From Clostridia bacterium (GTDB lineage Bacteria; Bacillota; Clostridia; CAKSNL01; HGM11501), in NCBI GenBank assembly GCA_045545475.1, contig JAZQAZ010000041.1, forward strand, positions 32,001-96,000: DNA of 64,000 nt. Direction: 5' to 3'. The translations under genes and the position numbers were made by a program. Each line of letters begins with the position of its first letter. The stretch's first letter is position 1. The notes below the pieces were generated by a model. The model did no database searches and was not told the DNA's origin. It saw only the letters and a program-made list of their open reading frames with translations. Shown piece after piece: positions 59,932 to 64,000 of this stretch.

Positions 59932-60315
59932 TTAAATCATATCAGAAATCACTCTCATAAGGGCACTTACTGCAGGAAGGGCCGAGGCACATATCAAAAC
60001 CTTTCCAAACAGTTCCACCTTCCCAGACAAAGCTACTTCTCCGGCATCTTTGCATAATTCCGAGGCACTTTGAGTTATGTAGGCAATCCCTGTTATTTTT
60101 ATAACTGTTTTATATATTCCTGTATCAAGTCCTGTTTTTTCGGCAAGGGATTTCAATGTTTCTATTATGCCTGACACTTCTGAAAATGTTATAAAAAGGA
60201 CATATGTGCTTATGGCAAGTGCAGTTAAAAGAGCCCATTCTCCCCTTAGAATCTGCTTAAAAAACATGCACATAACACTTCCCAGTATGCATATTCCCGC
60301 AACTTTTAAAATCAT
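59932..60315 (-). CDS. spoIIIAD: Stage III sporulation protein AD
   Basis: KITGIAYITQ...CKDAGE...KVELFGK. Confidence 0.93.
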   Translation of the reverse strand: MILKVAGICILGSVMCMFFKQILRGEWALLTALAISTYVLFITFSEVSGIIETLKSLAEKTGLDTGIYKTVIKITGIAYITQSASELCKDAGEVALSGKVELFGKVLICASALPAVSALMRVISDMI

Positions 60316-60506
60316 AGGCCAAATACCGCTTTTATGTTTTCAAAAAGCTCTCCTACCTCCGGAATTACAATCGCAAGAACTACTATAAGTCCCGCTATTG
60401 TAACAAGCAAAGCCTGTTCGTCCCTCCCGGATTTTCCCACAATCATATTAAGAACGGCCACAATAAGTCCGACTCCTGCCACCTTAAAAACAAATTCAAT
60501 ACCCAT
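60312..60506 (-). CDS. spoIIIAC: Stage III sporulation protein AC
   Basis: FKVAGVGLIVAVLN...KSGRDEQA. Confidence 0.93.
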   Translation of the reverse strand: MGIEFVFKVAGVGLIVAVLNMIVGKSGRDEQALLVTIAGLIVVLAIVIPEVGELFENIKAVFGL

Positions 60507-60518
60507 AAAGTCCTCCGA

Positions 60519-60932
60519 TTATATAAGCACAACCGTGATTAAAAGTCCGAAAAGCAGAAACCCGCCCTTTATGAGCTTCGCTTCTTTTTTGTATTTCTTC
60601 CTTTCCTCTTCCTCTTCGCAAAGAAGCTTCCTTTCATATGCGGCTATGTTTGAAAGCTGACCTTCCGCAGTTTCCGATTTTATCCCTTGAAGGAAATTGA
60701 TAAAATCTTTTTCATCTTCACCCGAAACCCGACCCTCGTATCCCCGGATACCGCTTTTTTCAAGTGCCTTTGGCAAAGGAAGTGAAAAAACTTCCACCGC
60801 CATCTTAAAATCCGAAAGAGCAATAAGCATACTTTCTATAAATTCAAGCCGTTCCCTTTTGCTTTCTGCCAGTTTTTGCCCTATCGCATAAACAGCAACG
60901 ACAATTAATACCGAACCCCAAAGCTTTAACAT
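60519..60932 (-). CDS. spoIIIAB: Stage III sporulation protein AB (short)
   Basis: MLKLWGSVLI N-terminal TM, PLPKAL, C-terminal TM; position after AA. Confidence 0.8.
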   Translation of the reverse strand: MLKLWGSVLIVVAVYAIGQKLAESKRERLEFIESMLIALSDFKMAVEVFSLPLPKALEKSGIRGYEGRVSGEDEKDFINFLQGIKSETAEGQLSNIAAYERKLLCEEEEERKKYKKEAKLIKGGFLLFGLLITVVLI

Positions 60933-61849
60933 AAATCTAAAATCTCCTCAACGGTACCGGGCCCTTTTTTTCTGCTTAAAATAATTACTTTTTCAAATGC
61001 TCCTTCGGACAGCAGTTCTTTTATGCCGCTTTTTCTCTTTACATCAGAAACAGAAAAGCCATGGGCGGAGGCGATAACAGAAACGCCGGAATTAAGTGCT
61101 TGCATAACGGCATAAACATCTTCTTTAGTTCCTATTTCGTCTGTAATCACAATATCGGGATTCATCGCCCTGATAAGTGAAACAATTCCCTCTGCTTTTG
61201 GGCAGTTGTCCATAACAAAGGATAGGCTCCCTATGTCGTTTTCCGCAATTCCTTCAAAGCAGGCGGCAATTTCTCCTCTCTCATCTGCGATTGCCACTTT
61301 TTTCATGAAAAAAGGACTTCCAAGCTTTCTTGCAATATCACGAAGCATTGTGGTTTTTCCGCATCCAGGTGGCGAAACTATAAGAGTGTTTAATACTCTT
61401 TTGCCGTTATAAATATGTGGCATCACGCTATCTGCCGCCCCTTTGATTTCCCGAGCAATTCTTATATTTACAGCAGAAAAATCCGTTATATATTTTATTT
61501 TCCCGTTTTCTTCTATGCACCGCCCCGTTATTCCTGCACGGTGCCCTCCTCGTAGCGGAATAAAGCCCTTTTTGATATGCTCCTGATTTGAATACACAGA
61601 GTTTTCGCAAAGCAAAGTTACGATTTCAGAAAGTTCCTCCTTTGAAAAAAAAGCTGCTTTTTCATATTCTGTGGTTTCTCCGTTTTCTCCCAAAAAATAA
61701 AGTCCGCTTTTTTTCAGAACACATACGGCATCGTTTGCTTTAATTCTTATTTCCTCCGTACGTTCGGGAGCTGCCAAATCTGCCAGCATAATTTTTTTAA
61801 GTCTCTCTGGAAAATAGTTTTCTGACAAAAACTTAAGTCCTTTGTCCAT
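60926..61849 (-). CDS. spoIIIAA: Stage III sporulation protein AA ATPase
   Basis: EEIRI, GGHRAG, SPPGCGKTT, DERGEI, ITDEIG. Confidence 0.96.
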   Translation of the reverse strand: MDKGLKFLSENYFPERLKKIMLADLAAPERTEEIRIKANDAVCVLKKSGLYFLGENGETTEYEKAAFFSKEELSEIVTLLCENSVYSNQEHIKKGFIPLRGGHRAGITGRCIEENGKIKYITDFSAVNIRIAREIKGAADSVMPHIYNGKRVLNTLIVSPPGCGKTTMLRDIARKLGSPFFMKKVAIADERGEIAACFEGIAENDIGSLSFVMDNCPKAEGIVSLIRAMNPDIVITDEIGTKEDVYAVMQALNSGVSVIASAHGFSVSDVKRKSGIKELLSEGAFEKVIILSRKKGPGTVEEILDLC

Positions 61850-61880
61850 TAAATCTCCGCCTTTATCTTAGTCTTACCTC

Positions 61881-61909
61881 ATTATATTAGCATGTCCTCA
61901 TTATTAGAA
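61881..61909 (-). promoter_or_regulatory. sigmaE-type promoter of spoIIIA operon
   Basis: TTCTAAT-14-AATATAAT on the minus strand. Confidence 0.55.
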
Positions 61910-61977
61910 CAAAAAAGAGCTGTAAAAAATTACAGCCCCAATCCTCTTTTGATTTTTTCTTATGTATGCAGATGGCT

Positions 61978-62049
61978 TTATTTTATCTTAAACGCTTTCT
62001 TAAGTATTGCACCCACGAATTTTGACGGTTTGATAACTACTACCTTCAT
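61978..62049 (-). CDS. spoVM: SpoVM-like spore coat morphogenetic peptide (23 aa, MKVVVIKPSKFVGAILKKAFKIK)
   Basis: Translated by hand; GGAGG RBS at 62056-62060; amphipathic pattern like B. subtilis SpoVM (MKFYTIKLPKFLGGIVR...). Below the ORF-track size cutoff. Confidence 0.8.
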   Translation of the reverse strand: MKVVVIKPSKFVGAILKKAFKIK

Positions 62050-62059
62050 AAAAACCCTC

Positions 62060-62212
62060 CTAACATCCGAAAAAGAGTATATAGCCGAAGATTAGAATTA
62101 TAATTGCCTCCATAGCGGCAATAAACCACACGGGCATTATAAATGCAAGAAGTGCTCCGAGAGCAAATGCCACGGCACAGGTGCATAAAGATGTTCCTTT
62201 TCTTCTCTTCAA
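62060..62212 (-). CDS. 50-aa hydrophobic membrane peptide (MKRRKGTSLCTCAVAFALGALLAFIMPVWFIAAMEAIIILIFGYILFFGC)
   Basis: TTG start 8 nt after GGAGGG; basic N-terminus then two hydrophobic stretches; its TAG stop overlaps the spoVM RBS. Confidence 0.7.
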   Translation of the reverse strand: MKRRKGTSLCTCAVAFALGALLAFIMPVWFIAAMEAIIILIFGYILFFGC

Positions 62213-62235
62213 CTCAATCTCCCTCCTACAAAACC

Positions 62236-62263
62236 ATATTATGTAAAAAGGGAAAATGTGTGA
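62236..62263 (-). promoter_or_regulatory. Mother-cell (sigmaE/sigmaK-type) promoter for the peptide-spoVM unit
   Basis: AC-16-CATAATAT on the minus strand. Confidence 0.5.
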
Positions 62264-62267
62264 ATAG

Positions 62268-62300
62268 AAAAGCGACTGTGAATTTCACAGTCGCAAAAAA
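62268..62300 (-). terminator. Terminator after acyl-CoA synthetase
   Basis: GCGACTGTGAA-t-TTCACAGTCGC with T-tract on the minus strand. Confidence 0.75.
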
Positions 62301-62301
62301 A

Positions 62302-64000
62302 TCATTTTCTGTTTTTATCGTTTTCTCTTATTTCTACTCGTCTTACCTTACCGCTGATGGTTTTGGGAAGTTCTGCCACGAAGTCAACAATTCTGGGATA
62401 TTTGTAAGGAGCGGTTCTCTTCTTTACATATTCCTGAATTTCCTTCTTAAGTTCGTCAGAGCCTTCCTTGCCCTTTACCAGAACGATTGTAGCCTTTACA
62501 ATCTGACCTCTGATTTCGTCGGGTACTGCGGTGATTGCACATTCAAGAACATAGGGAAGCTCCATAATTACGCTCTCAATTTCGAAGGGTCCGATTCTGT
62601 AACCGGAGGACTTTATAACGTCGTCGATTCTACCCACGTAGAAGAAATATCCTTCCTCGTCACGTGTTGCCTGGTCGCCGGTGTGATAGAAACCATCGTG
62701 CCAAGCTTCCTTCGTCTTAGCCTCGTCAAGATAGTACCCCTTAAAGAGTCCTGCGGGAACCTCCTCGCTTGTTCTGATACAGATTTCACCTGCTTCACCG
62801 GGTGCACATTCTTTGCCATCCGCATCAAGAAGGGTTACATCGTAAAGAGGACTGGGAAGTCCCATAGAACCAAGCTTCGGATGTGTGCCCACAAGGTTGC
62901 CGATCGCAAGGGTTGTTTCCGTCTGTCCGAAGCCTTCCATAATTGTAAGACCTGTCGCCTCACGGAACTTGTTGCTTACTTCGGGATTTAATGCCTCACC
63001 TGCTGTTGTAGCATATTCAATAGAAGACAAATCATACTTTGACAAATCTTCTTTTATAAAGAAGCGGTACATTGTGGGAGGTGCGCAGAATGTTGGGATG
63101 TTGTATTTTGCAAACATGGGAAGAATTTCTTCAGACTTAAAGCGGTCAAAGTCATAGGTGAATACACCTGCTTCGCAGAGCCACTGTCCGTAGAACTTGC
63201 CCCAGAGTGCCTTACCCCAACCGGTGTCGGAAATGGTAAAGTGGAGTCCGTCGGGATTTACATTATGCCAGTATTTAGCTGTGATATAGTGACCCAGTGC
63301 GTATTTATAGGAGTGTGCCGCAATTCTGGGATATCCAGTTGTACCTGAGGTAAAGAGCATAAGCATTGTGTCATCGCCGCAGGGAGAATTTTCTGTGCGT
63401 TCATAAACGTCAGAGAATTTTTCCATTTCGACGTTAAAGTCGTGCCATCCTTCCTTACATCCGCCCACCATAATTTTAGTGATGTTTCTGCCTTCTGCCG
63501 CCTTTGCTGCATGGTCTGATACCTCGCCGTCAGCAGTACAGATTACAGCCGCAACACCTGCCGCCTTATAGCGATACTCAAAGTCATGTTCAACCAACTG
63601 ATTTGTAGCAGGGATTGTTACCGCTCCGATTTTATGAAGGGCAAGCATTGTAAACCAGAACTGATAATGACGCTTAAGAACGATCATTACCGTATCGCCC
63701 TTCTTTATTCCGAGACTTTCAAAGTAGTTTGCGGTCATATTGGAATATTTCTTCATATCGCCGAAGGTAAAGCGTCTGTCCACTCCGTCCCCTGATACCC
63801 ACATCATAGCAGTCTTATCAGGAGTTTTGTCGGCAATAGCGTCAACACAGTCAAATGCAAAGTTGAACTTATCGGCATTTTTGAAGCTTATCTTCTGAAG
63901 CACACCTTCTTCATTTGTTACGCAGTCGATAAAGTCATCTGCCACGGTTTTTCCGGTGCTCTTTCTTACGGTAACGGCCTTTTTCTCTGTTTCAGCCTTT
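62302..64000 (-). CDS. AMP-binding acyl-/acetyl-CoA synthetase (5' end outside window)
   Basis: FTSGTTGYP, EGFGQTE, YHTGD, GRIDDVIKSSGYRIGP, LPKTISGK; frame stays open to base 64000. Confidence 0.92.
   Translation of the reverse strand, partial: KAETEKKAVTVRKSTGKTVADDFIDCVTNEEGVLQKISFKNADKFNFAFDCVDAIADKTPDKTAMMWVSGDGVDRRFTFGDMKKYSNMTANYFESLGIKKGDTVMIVLKRHYQFWFTMLALHKIGAVTIPATNQLVEHDFEYRYKAAGVAAVICTADGEVSDHAAKAAEGRNITKIMVGGCKEGWHDFNVEMEKFSDVYERTENSPCGDDTMLMLFTSGTTGYPRIAAHSYKYALGHYITAKYWHNVNPDGLHFTISDTGWGKALWGKFYGQWLCEAGVFTYDFDRFKSEEILPMFAKYNIPTFCAPPTMYRFFIKEDLSKYDLSSIEYATTAGEALNPEVSNKFREATGLTIMEGFGQTETTLAIGNLVGTHPKLGSMGLPSPLYDVTLLDADGKECAPGEAGEICIRTSEEVPAGLFKGYYLDEAKTKEAWHDGFYHTGDQATRDEEGYFFYVGRIDDVIKSSGYRIGPFEIESVIMELPYVLECAITAVPDEIRGQIVKATIVLVKGKEGSDELKKEIQEYVKKRTAPYKYPRIVDFVAELPKTISGKVRRVEIRENDKNRK

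Noticed and set aside
62143-62991. Long plus-strand ORFs opposite real genes (also 58535-59326, 51762-52415, 53051-53596, 9383-10006, 24276-24848)
   Set aside because: Antisense shadows of well-supported genes; no recognisable motifs or convincing RBS.

Overview
Chromosomal window from a low-GC, spore-forming Clostridia (Firmicutes) genome; most genes are on the minus strand. Core genes: T-box-controlled thrS, azlCD, an NSS transporter, a complete his operon led by a TrpR-like YerC/HisR regulator, trkAH, yabM-like/mazG/hup/yabO, rarA, cysE-cysS-mrnC-glyA, spoIIR, spoIIIAA-AH and an acyl-CoA synthetase cut by the window edge. The main accessory signal is a two-gene module present three times (7958-10693 + 5566-7944; 13841-16522 + 10901-13825; 41680-44439 + 44454-46514). 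Each copy pairs a secreted CBM6-like/GH99-GH71-like enzyme with a secreted non-catalytic protein of 3, 4 or 5 F5/8-type-C (CBM32-like) domains. Both partners end in a copper-amine-oxidase N-terminal ('stalk') domain. Features the ORF track misses: a spoVM-like 23-aa gene with a 50-aa membrane-peptide gene upstream, a candidate anti-SD small RNA (51540-51648), a dense DnaA-box cluster far from any dnaA gene (38996-39091), and REP-like palindromes in a long leader (19325-19495). I saw no CRISPR array, rRNA, tRNA, integrase or transposase. Family assignments come from motif recognition by eye; no database searches were run.
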